Positions 11,482 to 24,649 of a stretch of DNA of 64,000 nt are shown here, piece after piece. The position numbers and the translations under genes were made by a program. The DNA comes from Azolla caroliniana. Lineage: Eukaryota > Plantae > Polypodiophyta. The notes below the pieces were generated by a model. It was not told where the DNA came from, ran no database searches, and saw nothing but the letters and a program-made list of their open reading frames with translations. The stretch covers positions 17,794,001 to 17,858,000 of the forward strand of contig JBHGNT010000004.1 of assembly GCA_043228905.1 (NCBI GenBank). Reading direction: 5' to 3'. The stretch's first letter is position 1. The number at the start of each line of letters is the position of its first letter.

Positions 11482-13659
11482 ATGGCTTCGACAAGTGGAA
11501 CTCAAGGAGAAGAATTGATGAAAGGCATGGTGTCCGTCGTCGAATTCATGCTGAAAGAGAGAGATCGGGAGGCTTTAGTCGACAAAGCTGTTGACCGAAC
11601 TGTGGAGATAGTTGGAAGATTCGGTGGGAAGAACATCACAAATTTCCTTGCTACCTACCGGAATGAGATGCAACAAAGAGATGTCCATGATCTAAAACAA
11701 ATTTCAAGCTTTAAGCAGGTGGTAGAACCCGGGATCCGTGAGCGCGTGATGGGGATCCAAAACGAGCATGCAACTTGGGTGGAGTTCGAAAGGGCTCTTC
11801 TCACTGAATACATGCTTGAAGATGCATCGCGGATGACTCAGCATACGTTAATGAATTGGATTGAGAAGAAAGGGAAGAATCTGTGTGCATCGGGAATTTA
11901 TGCCGAATTCGACCAGAAGTACAACCGACTTCCGAGTGTCGAGCAACGAGTTCTCGACGGAGATAAAGTCTTACTATTCCTAAAGGCAATGGATGCGAAA
12001 GATCGACGAGAATTGGGTAGTTTCTTGGAGGACGAAATGCAACCAAATGGCTTGGTAGTGGACTGGGCGGCGGTGAAGAAGGCTTGCAACCGTTTTGATA
12101 AGCGGTGACAATGGCAAGAGGAAGCTGAGGTCGAGAATCCACAATTGTGGAAGAAGGCACCTACGACGATTGAGCCTTGTAAGCCGATCAACAATTTCGA
12201 CAAGAAAGCAATGGAGGAGTCTATAATCGAAGAGCTCTCCAAGAAGTTTGAAGTGGTATCGCTAGCCAACTTAGGTTGACGCGGGCCCAAGGGAAAAGAA
12301 GCGTATAGATGTGTGTGGTGCGATAGCTTTGAACACTCACGAAGGGAATGTGCTGACTTGCAAGATGCGATCCGCAAGAATGTCTTCTATTTGGACGGCA
12401 ACATGATTCACTCGAGCGAGACCCGGAAGCCACTACGAGTGAACTTCGGAAGAGGTGGGCTGAAAAAGATTGTATAAGAAGAAGATGCAAGGCATGTGGA
12501 GGCTATGCACTATGCCGCTTCGGCTGGGATACAAGTTGGAAAAGAGAATCTTAAAATGATCAAGCCAGGAGCTGGGTTTTGGCCAATGGTCTTCGAGTGC
12601 GAAGAAAAAGGCAAAATCAATTCGGAGGATCTAAAACTTGCTGACCGAAACGTGCGACGAGCAACCAGATGGCCAGATCCAATCGATGAAAACACAAGCT
12701 TTGCGGGGGTTGTGTGTGACACCTATGAAGCCCTTGTCGAAGAGAAGAGGAAGAGAACCGATGAAGAAGATGGCACATCAAAGTGACCTAACACGAGGAA
12801 CGGAGGGAAAGAAGGGCCACCCCAACCTATCCCAAGAAAAGAGATTGGTGAAACAAACATGAAGCCCAGTGGATCGAGCCAACCTGCTCGGATGGAAGTC
12901 GAAGAATCAATGAAGAAAGGAAAAGAACGAGTGGCACCGACTTACAAGCTAAGGTCGGACATAGAACAAACAACTAACTTGCGGAAGGTCCTTGAGGAGA
13001 AGGTTTTAGATAGTCATGTCGACCTTACCTTGAGAGAGCTACTTGGGATCGCGAAGGAGTTCCATGATACTATCGTGGACCTTATTAAAAGGAAGCGGCA
13101 ACAATATGATGAAGAGGAGGTGAAAACAAGTGCCATAACCATGGCAAGATCGGAAGAGGAGGAAGAAGAAGAAGTGGTGGCAGATAGCCATTACTCGCGG
13201 CCTCATTGGGCAAGAGCGACAACAGAGACGCCGGTGAAGATCGGGGAGAAGAAAGAGACCGTGGTCGCTTTGATTGACCATGGCTCAGAGATCAACCTCA
13301 TGTCGACCGAGTTCTACAAGAAAGGAAGATGGCCGATTAATACAAACCATGGATGGAAGATTCGAGCGGCGACGAAGGCTACAGAGGACTTGTACGGAGC
13401 TTGCCCCAACGTTAAAGTCACGATTGGGGATGTAGAGATTGATCAACACTTCTTCGTGCAAGACTTGGCTTCACATCCCGTCATCCTAGGACAACCATAT
13501 ATAACATCGTCCCGGATGGAGACCAAGGTGTTCGATAATGGAGCAGCCTTCGCGCGCGTCAAGAGTCTTGATAGTAAAAGATCCGTTCAATTCCTGACGG
13601 TGCGAGCTAATCATGAAAGGAACCAAGATAGCCTTGGAGGCGAATCCTCGAATTTTTAA
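11482..13659 (+). pseudogene. gag: Element B gag-protease ORF1
   Basis: Homologous to ORF1 of A: RFGGKNIT, CVWCDSFEHSRREC knuckle, ALIDHGSEIN. Several premature stops. Confidence 0.9.
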
Positions 13660-16600
13660 AGTGGACTATTGAAGCATGGGGCACAAATAGTCCGACAAAT
13701 CATGTCCCCACAAGGAAGCAAAGTGCGTGGATTGCAAGGAGAAGCAACATGCGTCACACTTGGTGGCGCATGCAAACTTAGACTACTCAACAAGAAGGAA
13801 AAGTGTCAGATACAAGACTTCGAGGAGGTGTTGAAAGAAGAAAGCATAATCGAAGAAGAAGAATTCGTGTCATATATTCTAGAGGAAGCCTCATTTAACG
13901 ACACCATCGGCGAAATCGAGGAAGTCGTGGATTTCAGCTATCCTCACCATCAACATGTGATTTCGGTTAACTCCGTCAACATGTATACTACCATCGATGA
14001 ATATCATCGAGGCATCTTGATAGAGGAAGCCGAAGTCAACACAAAATATAAAACCGTGGATAGGAAGATAAAGCCAGTTGCAGTTCCGCTACCGGAAGAT
14101 AGCTGGCAAAAGATGAAGGAAGTTGCAAAAGATCCAAGCTTAAGGAACCCACATAGAATTGGTCACGTCTTCACTGAAGAGACGAAGGGAAAGCTACGAG
14201 TTGGAAGGGAGGATTTCCTCCTCCCTGAAGAGGAGCGGATATTTCGTGGAATGCTTGAAAGACATGGGAAGGCTTTCGCGTTTTTCCCACAAGAAATTGG
14301 GTGTGCTAATCCAAGGACGGTAGAACCGATGATGATCTTCACAGTGCCGCATGTGCCTTGGAATTTGAAACCGATACTGGTTCCAAGAGCACACCTACCA
14401 AAGCTGATCGAACTCTTAAAGGAGAAGGTGAGGATGGGAATTCTAGAACCGTCGAACGCTCCTTATTCTAATAGGTCGTTCACGGTGCCAAAGAAGAATG
14501 GATCGTTGCGATTTATTCAAGATCTTCAACCCGTCAACAAGGTGACAATTCGGAATGCTGGAATCGGTCCGAGTGTGGATGAATTTGCCGAGGCATTTGC
14601 GGGCCGGTCCATCTACTCCATCGGTGATCTCTACTCTGGCTACGATCAATTCCAGTTGGCGGTCGACAGTCGTGACATTACAACCATGAGAACTCCAATC
14701 GGGTTGGTGCGAATGTGTACCTTACCTCAAGGCGCAACGAACTCTGTGGCTCATATGGTGAATGCCATGAACAAGGTCTTGAAGGATTGCATCCCAGATA
14801 TCACGATGCCATTCTTAGATGATATTCCGATAAAAGGATGTTCGGATGAAGAGAAGGATGAATCAAAAGATAAGGATGGATGTAGAAAGTTCGTCATGGA
14901 TCATATGAAAGATTGCGAGAAGGTGCTCCAAAGGCTCGAAGATGCGAATTTGACATTTTCGGGAGAAAAATCCGCATTCGGGCAACCGGAGATCCTGGTG
15001 GTAGGTCACTTGTGTGGAGCATATGGTCGGAAGCCTTCGCCATCCAAGGTGAATGCAATCCAAGACATGAAAGAAGAATGTGTAACCCAAACGGAGGTTC
15101 GAAGGTTCCTTGGAGCATGCACGTTTTATCATATTTGGATTCCACACTACGCCCACATTGCTGAGCCATTATATGGTCTACTAAAGAAGAAGCGGATGTT
15201 CGAATGGACGAGCGAGCATACAATCGCCATCTGAAGGCTGAAGAAATTATTGATGGAGGCACTTGCATTATGGAAAGCGAACTATTCATACGACAAGCCC
15301 ATTTTCGTGACTGTGGATACTAGTCCAATCGGAATTGGATGGGTTATCAACCAAGAAGATGAAGATTGCAACCGATATGCAATTCGGTTTGGCGCGAAAG
15401 TGTTAAGTGACAGGCAAAGAAGGTATGCCCAAGTGAAGAGGGAGCTATGGGGGATCGTCTCGGCAATCAAATCTGATCGTGATTACCTTATTGGAGCAGA
15501 AGTCATAATTGAGACAGATTGCCTACCAATTTTGGGTATGATATCTGGTTGTAATACACCGGATATTGCCATGTTGCGTTGGATTGCATATATCAAATCA
15601 CTCAACCCAGAGATCCGTCATGTAGCTGGGAAGCGTAATGTCGTTGCAGACATGCTATCACGAGCGAGATATGACGGAGAAGAAGATCGACATTCTGATG
15701 AAGATGATGTTGGCCTGGATTTCTTTGCAAATTCCTATGCTCGGGTGTTGACTACTTTCATAGAAGAGGACTACGAAGGCGAATTCGTGGAGATCGGGAA
15801 ATACTTGAGTTCTCTCCAAAAAGATGAATCATGGTCGACGGAAGACTTCCATCGAATTCGGAAGAAAGCATACAAGTATTTCCTTAAGGATGGAGCTCTT
15901 TGGAAGGATGCAAAAAAGAAGAATGGGACTTGGATGAGAGTTGTCTGCAAACTAGAAGACCAACAAAAACTAATGTCCGAATTTCATGAAAGTGTTTTTG
16001 TAGGCCATCGAGGAATATGGGTTACGTTTGCGAAGCTTAAGGAGAAATATTGGTGGCCGGGCATCTACAAAGATGTAGCAGCTTATGTGGAAACATGTAA
16101 GGAATGTTAGATGTTTTCGAATATTCGCCATCGAGATGGACTTCATCCGACTTACCTGTTGGCTATGCATTACAAGTGGATGGTGGACATCGTGATGATG
16201 CCAATGGGGCGATGACAGATGAAGTATCTTGTGCTCGCAAGAGAGGATCTTACCAATCAAGTTGAAGGGCGAGCATTAAGAACTAAGGAGACATCATCGA
16301 TATGTCGATTCCTTCTTGAAGATGTTATTTGCAGATATGGATGCGTCGGCAAGATAGCGGCTGATAGAGGCGAGTTGGACGCCAATGAAGCTAGAGAATT
16401 CTTCTCGAGGATGGGAATCAAATTATCTCTTACCATGGCGTATAATCCGGAAGCAAATGGGAAGGTGGAACGTGGACATGGACCAATTGTGAAGGCTCTA
16501 GTGAAAGCTTGCCATGGGAAAATAGGAGAATGGCCATGTCTATTGCCATTTGCATTATGGGCTGACAGGACTACTCATAGCACGGTGACGGGATACATGC

Positions 16601-17103
16601 CGACAGAGCTCATATTCGGACAAAAGCCAATAATGCCGGTAGAACAAAGTATTATTTCATGGTTTGCATTGCCATGGCAAGATGAGATAAGTAGAGAAGA
16701 TCTTCTAGCATTAAGGATTCGACAATTAGAGTGGAATTTGGAAGATATAGAGGTGGCTGAAGCGCGGCTCAAGAATGCAAGGCTAAAGAACAAAAAAGAC
16801 TTCGATAAATGACATTGACTTCGGCCGAGGAAAATAGTTGAAGGAGATTGGGTGCTAGTCTATGACAATAGCCTAGATAACCAACATAGTACGACTCGAA
16901 AATTCTCACAACGATGGTTTGGGCCATATGTGGTGAAGAAAGTGGAAGATAATGCAACATATCATTTAGTAGAATTGGATGGTACACCACTTGCCTTGCC
17001 AATTGCCGGTAAAAGAATCAAGATCTTCAAGAGAAGAGATAGAATAGAAATTGGATTTGAAGCTTTTGACGATTCAATCTTAAGCATCGATGAAAAAGTA
17101 TAG
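13650..17103 (+). pseudogene. pol: Element B pol ORF2 (RT-RNase H-integrase)
   Basis: Same RT/RH/INT motifs as element A. Premature stops and an inferred indel shortly after the frameshift site. Confidence 0.92.
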
Positions 17104-17487
17104 TAAACAAAAATGAATCCTCACCAAAATTGGCACATATCGGTGGATGTGCAGGTTTGGTGGGGGCGAATGTCCTGTGAATCTTCACACACTATGTAAA
17201 ATAATAATAATAATGAAATAATCATTATAGATTAGATTAATAGCTTACTATAGAAAGATGGATATACTCAAGCGGTTCAAAATGTTTTTTACTATATACA
17301 AAATGGAGAAATACATATCAAGTTATGTGAAAATAAAGTTTGAGAAGATAGGGAAATTAGAACTATCCCACATAGATAGGAAAGTTAAGGCCCTGGCTAT
17401 ATAAGTACCTTGAGCTCCCTCATTTTTCATTTGTGGTAAGAGCACTTTGGCCACTTTGTCTTGATGGATGATGTGGCCAAATTCCCT

Positions 17488-18010
17488 AAAACCGGAAATC
17501 GGCCGGTAAGCAAATCTGGAAAACGGGTTCAGTAAACAAATTCGGAAATCGGCCAGTAAGCAAATCCAAAAAATGGGTCCGGTAAGCAAATCTGGAAACT
17601 GGCCGGTATGCAAACCGGAAATAGGCCGGTAAGCAAAACCGGAACCGGAACCGGCAAGCAAACCGGAACGAGAAACCGGCCGGTATGCAAATCGGAAATA
17701 GGACGATAAGCAAAATCGAAACCGGAACCGGCAAGCAAACTAGAACTGGAAACTGGCTGGTATGAAAATCGGAACTGGCAAGCAAACTGCAACCGGAAAC
17801 TGGCAGGTATGCAAACCGGAAAAAGGACAGTAAGCAAAATCGGAACTAGAACAGGCAAGCAAACTGGAACCGAAAATCGGCCGGTATGCAAACCGGAACC
17901 GGCCGATAAGCAAAACTGGAAACCGGCCGGTAAGCAAAACTGGAACCGGCAAGCAAACCGGAACCGGCAAGCAAACCAGAACCGACCGGCAAGCAAAATT
18001 GGAACCGGCT
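17488..18010 (+). repeat. CCGGAA-rich tandem array in the 3' LTR of element B
   Basis: Counterpart of 3280-3745, about 60 nt longer (LTR lengths 1488 vs 1547). Confidence 0.9.
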
Positions 18011-19451
18011 ACTAGACGAGGTTGGACGCGGACGGACGGAAGATTGGATCATGCAGCAAACTAAAGTAAAGTGAAGAGAACTAAAGTAAAGGCCATGTGG
18101 ACGCAAGCAACTAAAGTTGGAGTGCATGCAAAAAGTAAAGGTCATGTGGACGATCACATGCAACTAAAAGAAAAAGTCATGCAACTAAAAATAGATGCAA
18201 CCAAAAGAAAAAGCTAGGCAACTAAAAGTAGAGGCCATGCAACAAAAAGTGGAAAGGCTATGATCAAGGGAGAACTCTATATATATTCCATTTTTTTCTT
18301 ACACTCGGACTCTTCATATTATCTTAATTTTTTTCCTTTTCTTTGGGAGCTCTCTTATCTTATCGAAGCCAATAACCCTAATCTTCCCTACGGAAGCTAT
18401 CTCTCAAGTAAACCATAATTTCCATACGGAAGCAATCTCTCAAAATCCAAAATTCCTTGTCAAAGCCATATCACTCAAGAATCATAATCTCTTATTTCCT
18501 CTAATCTATTATTCTAGTAATCTCCTTAAGATAAAACTTTTGTAATCCCAATCTTGGGATTGATTGTAATCTTTCTTTCTACTTGTTAATGAAATTTGTT
18601 AATCTTTCTCATTTCGGTTAATTCTTAGTACATAAATACACGAATTTGATATCCTCTAGTCAAAGGCCCCGGGGTCTTGCCTCAACGTTCACATATCCTT
18701 GTTGTATTTTCGCGACACCGCCAGTCCTTGCCTCTGGCTTCTCTTGGCATCTTCACGCCTCGCTCACGCTCCTCATCCGGTCTGGTCCCGCTTTCCATGA
18801 CCCATCTGGATCTACGCACGTCGACCCTTCCAGTCGGCTTGGTTGATCATAAGGCCCATCTCAACTCCTTTGCTACTGTGACTTCGTTGCTTCTTGACCC
18901 ATCAGCTCCTCCGTGTCGGTGTTGACTTCCGCTGCTTTCTTGTTCGTTTGGCCTTCAATTGATCCGGTTCCTCCAAATCGAACATTTCAATCGAATCGGC
19001 TGCTTCCGATTCGTCTTGAACATTTAGGCCCTTCACCACATCAGACCATGTCCGAGTCTTGGCCTTCATCTTCCGGTTAGCTATATCCTTCTTGACTTTG
19101 CCACCGCTTGTTCTGACTTCATCGGATATGCAACTTCTTTGGTCAACTTGGCTGCCTTTTTCTCCTTGTCTCCACATGTTTCGGTTTTGTTCTCCTTCTC
19201 TCCGGTTGTGCCATTACCTGTTCTCTCGGTTTTTGTTCCGGTTCTCTCCCTCAAGTGCTGGACATTGAGATGCTGTAGCCCAAGCATCTCTGAAAAGTGC
19301 CGCAGCTTGTCTGATCCGAGTGGCTTGGTGAAGATGTCGGCAACCTGCCGTTTGGTTTGAACATATCGGGGTTTGACTTCACCGCTCATGACTCACTCAT
19401 GCACGAAGTGATAATGCACTTTGATGTGCTTTGTGCGAGCATGGAATACGG

Positions 19452-19815
19452 TGTCACGGTTTTCCGTGGGTATGTGTCAGAATGGGCGCAACTACCAGGG
19501 TTTCAGACCAAGGAGCTGATGAGAGAGGAAGGTTATCTAGAATGGTTTTCGGACATGTATCCGCTCTAGATCGTTGCCTGGATGCCAGACGGTGAGCGCA
19601 CAAGCTTAGAATTGAATACTATTCTAGACCGGTTGCCATATAGTAGCGAAGAGCTCGTGGGCGCACGTACTCGGATACACACACTCAACGGAACAGAATA
19701 GAGACAAGGACACGAGGATGCACGACACATGGAGAGACTCAATAAATTAATGATTAATAGAGAACCAAGAGGGAGTACAGCCGGTCGCAGCTGGCAACAG
19801 AGGTTCGAGGTCAAC

Positions 19816-19867
<52 letters not shown>

Positions 19868-20324
19868 CGATGAGCCTCTGGTTGGGAGCTCACAGGCTTC
19901 CTACATGAGTTGAGGACTCCGCCTTCTTCCCGAAAACAACACAAAATAAAAAACAGAGGGAACAATAGAGCTCGGATCTTAAACTAGCATCACTTTGTTC
20001 TCTCAAATGGTGGATCCTCAAAACAGTCTCAAACCTCCCCTTTTATAGCACAAGGGGAGGCTGTTACATCGCAAGTACTATTCTCTGCATCTAAACTTCT
20101 TATTCTTTGTACGTGTGGGACATAAAGTACCCATTAACTACTCTACCTAGTGCCTTCAATATTCTACACATATTTACATTTCTTGTACCTCAATCCTTGT
20201 GTTTTGTGCCTATTTGAACACCCTCGCTCACACACTTGTCCAACCGGTCCTCTTCCTCGTGCCGAAACCCCCGTTCACATGCACTCGACCCTTTTTCACC
20301 ATATGGTCGGAATTCTTCACGAAA
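19452..20324 (-). mobile_element. Solo LTR (Trp-primed group) inserted in copia RNase H; contains a (CA)n tract near 19815-19866
   Basis: TGTCACG...CACGAAA (decayed CGACA) with perfect TSD ACGG (19448-19451 / 20325-20328). Removing it restores NPVFHAR. Similar to LTRs at 29098 and 31819. Confidence 0.88.
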
Positions 20325-20749
20325 ACGGGGTTCTTGGCGAGCTACATGCTACTGATGTTGTCGCAGTAGATCGGGATTGGAGTCAACAGTTCGATCGGGA
20401 GGTCTTGCAGTAGCCGCTGAAGCCATATGGCTTCACAGGTCACGATGGTGGCTCCTCTGTACTAATTCTGAGTGCTCGATAGAGCCACTGTCGGCTGCTT
20501 CTTGCTGCTCCATGCAACAGCTGCGGTCCTGAGAGAAAACATGAAGCCGTATGTTGACCAATGATCCGACGCATCACCAGCCTAATTAACATCTGTATAA
20601 CCAACTAGATTTTTGGTTATACTAAGTCGGTACAACTATCCTTGATCCTTAGTGCCGCTCACATATCGTAGTAGTCGATGTGCACACTGAACGTGCTCGA
20701 TAGTCGGTTGTTGCATGTATTGATTGATCACTCTGATGACATACGGGAA

Positions 20750-21739
20750 AAGCTGGATCTGACCAAGATCCGTAATGAAGAAAAGGAAAGATCGACCTTC
20801 ACGCTCAACAAACTGCAAAGTGCCTATGAAAAGCAGAGAGCGGATTACGAAGCCCAGGCTCAGATAATGGCCGACATTATAAAACGGGCAAGGAAGGAAA
20901 AGCAAGAAGCTTATGCGCATGCTAAAGCGGGGGTTGACCGGATCAAGCTCATCATGTCATGTTGGAGTACCCGAGCTCAGGCAAGCATCAACGAAAGTAC
21001 GGAAAAGCTATGGAAGGAGTGGTCACAAAAGGCAGCCGAGCTGCAGACACTCCGAGCTGATGCTGAGAATCGGAGGAAGACCGGTGACAAGTTCTACAAG
21101 ATGGATGAAGAAAGTATCGTCGCCATTCGGGAAGAATTGTCGGAGGATTTCTACGCTTTAGCGGAAGAACATCTCAAAGAAATCTGAGGGTTGGTAGAGA
21201 GGTTGGATGACGGGCAGCTCGCAACTCAGTTGGAGTTGGAGAAATACAAGCAAGACCGGTTACGACAGGAAGCCGAGGGAAGAACGACGCCAATCACTAT
21301 AAGTGAGGGAGAGCGACCGGCTGAAGCTGAACCAACCGACACCGAACAACCCCGACAAGGAATACCCGAAGAAGAACTTCCGGTCCAAGAAAATCAAGAA
21401 GAGCAGGTGCAGACCGATGCCGGGGAAGAAGAAGAGCTGAGACCGGAAAACACCGGAGCAGAGGAAGAAGGTGCACCGAACCGACCAATCGAGACCGGAG
21501 AAAGCGACACTGGTAACAGAACAGAGCCTGGAACGGAGGAAGAATAGGAAGAACCCGGACGGAGCGGTGAGGAAGCACCGGCACCGCAGAATCAAGCAGA
21601 GCCAGAGCAACAAATTTTTATGGAACAGCCAACCCAACCGGAGGTCGGAGACCAGGCAGGCAAGGAACAGGAATTGGAGGAAGAGGCACCACTTGACACC
21701 TTCGAGCGGAGTTTGCTCGATATTTTGGAGGAAGACTGA
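20750..21739 (+). pseudogene. C-terminal part of an unknown retroelement extra ORF (coiled-coil followed by an E/P/Q-rich acidic tail)
   Basis: One frame with two internal stops (21185, 21545), ending LDILEED-TGA about 50 nt before an LTR. The 5' side is fused to copia RT sequence. Confidence 0.6.
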
Positions 21740-21789
21740 GGCCGGGAGTGGGTTCGAAGTGCAAGGCACTTTCCCACGGGTGTGCCATG

Positions 21790-22178
21790 TGTTGGCCGGT
21801 CAGAAGAGCAAGGACAAGTGGGAAGGTGGAGTCGGATCGGATAATAGGAAGTAAATAATAGTATATTTATTATTCGGAGGGACGGATCCGGTACAGTTGT
21901 ACCGATCCGGATCAAGACCAATTCGGATGCCGGTTGCCTAAGCGCACCGATTGTAACCTTGCCGGATGCCTATAAAAGGATCCGATGATTTGTAAATGCT
22001 TTACGGAAGGAATACAATTATACTTATTGCGTGTTTATCTTTGTCTTTGTATTGTTTTACCGTCTGTGCTTAGTGTAATCATCTTACGCGTGTAACCTAG
22101 CATCCAATCCTTACCACCCCTTTGGAGAAGTGTCACCTAGACACCTGTGTTGAGGCTAGTCCGGCCAGGCATACAACA
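21790..22178 (+). mobile_element. LTR (TGTTG...CAACA), probably the 3' LTR of the extra-ORF element
   Basis: 5-bp terminal inverted repeat, CCTATAAAAGG near 21969, and an abrupt junction with a gag fragment at 22179. Orientation is not certain. Confidence 0.6.
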
Positions 22179-23498
22179 CTATTTCCACCCAATCTTCGAA
22201 TACCCTTCTCGTTGCCTTGGAGGAGTCCTCAATGGAGAACGTGGGCTTTAGCGCCTCTTCAAATGCCTCCCAAGTCGGATTTTGCTGCCGTATCCCGTGG
22301 ATACTCCCTTGAAGCCCGTCGGTTGCCACCCGGTTGAAGGATGTTACTTGTAGTCCTTCCGAAATTGTGCACCGTAGCATTTCCGCCTCATAATCTCGCA
22401 AATATCGTGACACGTCTTTCCCATTGAATTGCTAGTTCCGTTGCACGAGCCGCTCTACTGCCACCGCAATCTCCGACATCACGTGTTGTTCTTGTAGCAT
22501 CCACTCAAACATCTCCATCATGTTGTTAGCCCCCGGTTGATTTTCCATCTCCTTGCCACCCGGTTTCACGTCGGGTTCACCACTTTGTGTTGTGCCTTTC
22601 GGCTCCGAATCGTTGCGTGAATTGGGTGGGAACCACTGAGGTTTTGGACTAGGAGAAAGAAGAATACAATATAAGGCTAGTTATGAATAGGTAGAAAGAG
22701 AAGTAAGAACTAAAACTTGTGAATCCCACGTTTTTAGTGTAATTAATCGATATTTAGATTGTAAGAAAGAGAATTTTGATGATAAACTCGTAAATTCCCA
22801 CGAATATATTAGATTGATCAATCCTTGTAAAAAATAATCAACCACATCATACATCTTTCTCTCCTCATGTAAGGATGGAAGAGGCTAAGCATAGCTTCAT
22901 GCTTTTTCTAAAGTGTTCATGCACACTAAATGTGCATGAGTTGCTTTTTACACTATGCTTTTATTTCCTAAATATAGTGCTCATGCTCGCTAGATGTGCA
23001 CGAGTAATTTTCTATTGGTGTACATCTTTCTTATAAATAAAGTATTCACGCATTCTAAAAATGCATGACTTACCTTTTAATAAAGGTAGGCATAAATAAA
23101 GGTCTTATACGTATTGAATCTATATTTAGAACACTTAGGATAAGTTAGTACAATGGTAAGGTTAGGGTTTGTCTACATGGACGTATAGGGTTTGAATCTT
23201 GCCCTATGCATGTAGCAACTTTTTCTTCTATTTATAAATTTGTCTCTTCATCCGGTGAGAGACTCTCACCAGCCTTCTTTATCCGGCTCTTGTCGATTTT
23301 GCTTGATCCGGTTCTTACCGGGTCTCCTTACCGAGTCCTCCTTGCCGGTTCCTCCTTCATTCGGTTCTCCTTACCAGGTCTTGTTTACCGGTTCCTCCTT
23401 CATCTAGTTCTCACCGGTTCTCCTTACCGGTTCCTCCTTGTCCCATCCGGAGGAACCAAAATGCAGTTTTCACGTAGTGTGCGAATTACACTACGAGA
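22179..23498 (-). mobile_element. Truncated Trp-primed gypsy: 5' LTR 23498-22588, PBS 22582-22565, gag N-terminus
   Basis: Perfect 18-nt Trp PBS; gag QFNGKDVSRYLRDYEAEM; LTR homologous to 28182-28721 and carrying ACCGG repeats (23250-23450); outer flank ACGT (23499-23502). Confidence 0.88.
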
Positions 23499-23502
23499 AC
23501 GT

Positions 23503-24648
23503 TTTTCTTGTCCATCTGTTTGGGGATGATAGCCAAAGGAGAGATTGCAGGTGACCTTGAGCATTTTGAAGACATGCTTCCAAAATTTAGACATGAATTG
23601 AGTTCCATGATCACTGATGATACTATTGGGGAGACCATGATGTAGAAATACTTCACGCATAACAATTCTTGTGGTTTCTTCACTAGTGATTTCTTTAGTA
23701 CAGGGCACAAAATGTGCCATTTTAGTATATTGATCTACCACTGTTAATATAGCATTGAAGCCCTTCGAATCCAGAAGATCTTTGATAAAATCTAGAGAAA
23801 TAAATTGTCACGGTTTGCTTGGGATCGGTAATGGCTCCAACAAACCATATGGATGATGTCTAGGCCTCTTCGCTCTGCAACATGTATCACATGTCCGAAC
23901 ATAGTCTTTGACAAATCTTCGCATATGAGGCAATCAAAATGATCGTTGTACTAAATCCAACGTTTTAGTACTACCAAAATGTCCGGTTGTGTATGTGCCA
24001 TGACAATTTTGTAAAGGTGACAAGAACCATTAGGAACATACAAAAGTTTCTTAAAGAAGAGTAATCCATCATGAGATTTGAATTATCGATAATCCGTACC
24101 TTGTTGTTGTGACCGTGGATAAGAGGCCCAAGAGGGATCGATTTGATCTAGAATAGCTTGAACGAAAACATTTGTCTTCAAATATTCACGTATGGTATTG
24201 GTAATGCGGGAATCCAATGGAGTGTCCAAAACTCACGTTGCTTGAAGTTGTGCCGGACCTAGGATTACTTGCTTTTTATTTTCAAAGGCCAGATCGCTAG
24301 GACGAGGAGCTAGATACGAGCATTGTGATAATGCATCTGCCTTCCCCCATTGCTTGCCCGTACAATATGTAATCTTGAAGTCGAAAAGAGTGAGGAACTG
24401 GGCTCACTGAGCTTGTTGTCTATTTAATACACATGGATTCTAGAAGTAGGCAAGATTCTTGTGATCATTGAATACAGTGACTTGATGAGAAGATCCTTCT
24501 AAAAAATGCCTCCATTGTGCAAAAGAGTCCACTATTGCTAATAGCTCCTTCTCATGTATCTCGTAGTTGATTTCGGTGGCATCAAATTTCAGCAAGTGGA
24601 AAGCCACGGGATGTAGCTCTCATCATCGCCTTGCTATGACAAAATACT
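23503..24648 (-). pseudogene. pol: Decayed Ty3/gypsy RNase H-integrase fragment (chromovirus, Tcn1-like)
   Basis: NYEIHEKELLAIVDSFAQWRHFLEG, FISLDFIKDL, VVDQYTKMAHFVPC, YHPQTDGQ. Lineage is inferred from motif style. Confidence 0.8.
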
Positions 24649-24649
24649 A

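Larger units (their letters stand above)
2963..18717 (+). mobile_element. Ty3/gypsy element B (Trp-primed), LTRs 2963-4450 and 17171-18717, interrupted in its PBS by element A
   Basis: Two near-identical ~1.5-kb LTRs, PBS split as TGGTGAACCCGACGT...GAA, PPT TGGTGGGGGCGAA before 17171, gag-PR-RT-RH-INT domain order, decayed TSD CCAT/CCGC. Confidence 0.95.
2432..20750 (-). mobile_element. Ty1/copia element with extended 3' end (copy 1): 3' LTR 2432-2914, tail, RNase H and end of RT; interrupted by 2963-18717 and 19452-20324; 5'-truncated
   Basis: PPT CTCCCCCTCAAG after 2914. Sequence either side of the inserts is collinear with copy 2 (49560 onward). RH motifs NPVFHARTKHI and QVADIFTKPL; RT end VINQYMQQPT...LRYVSGT. 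Confidence 0.85.

Noticed and set aside
21772-21787. Minus-strand TGGCACACCCGTGGGA resembling a tRNA-Arg PBS next to the LTR at 21790
   Set aside because: It would make the LTR minus-oriented and the neighbouring ORF antisense, but the TATA-like box and the ORF point to plus. It may be a decayed PPT. Left unresolved.
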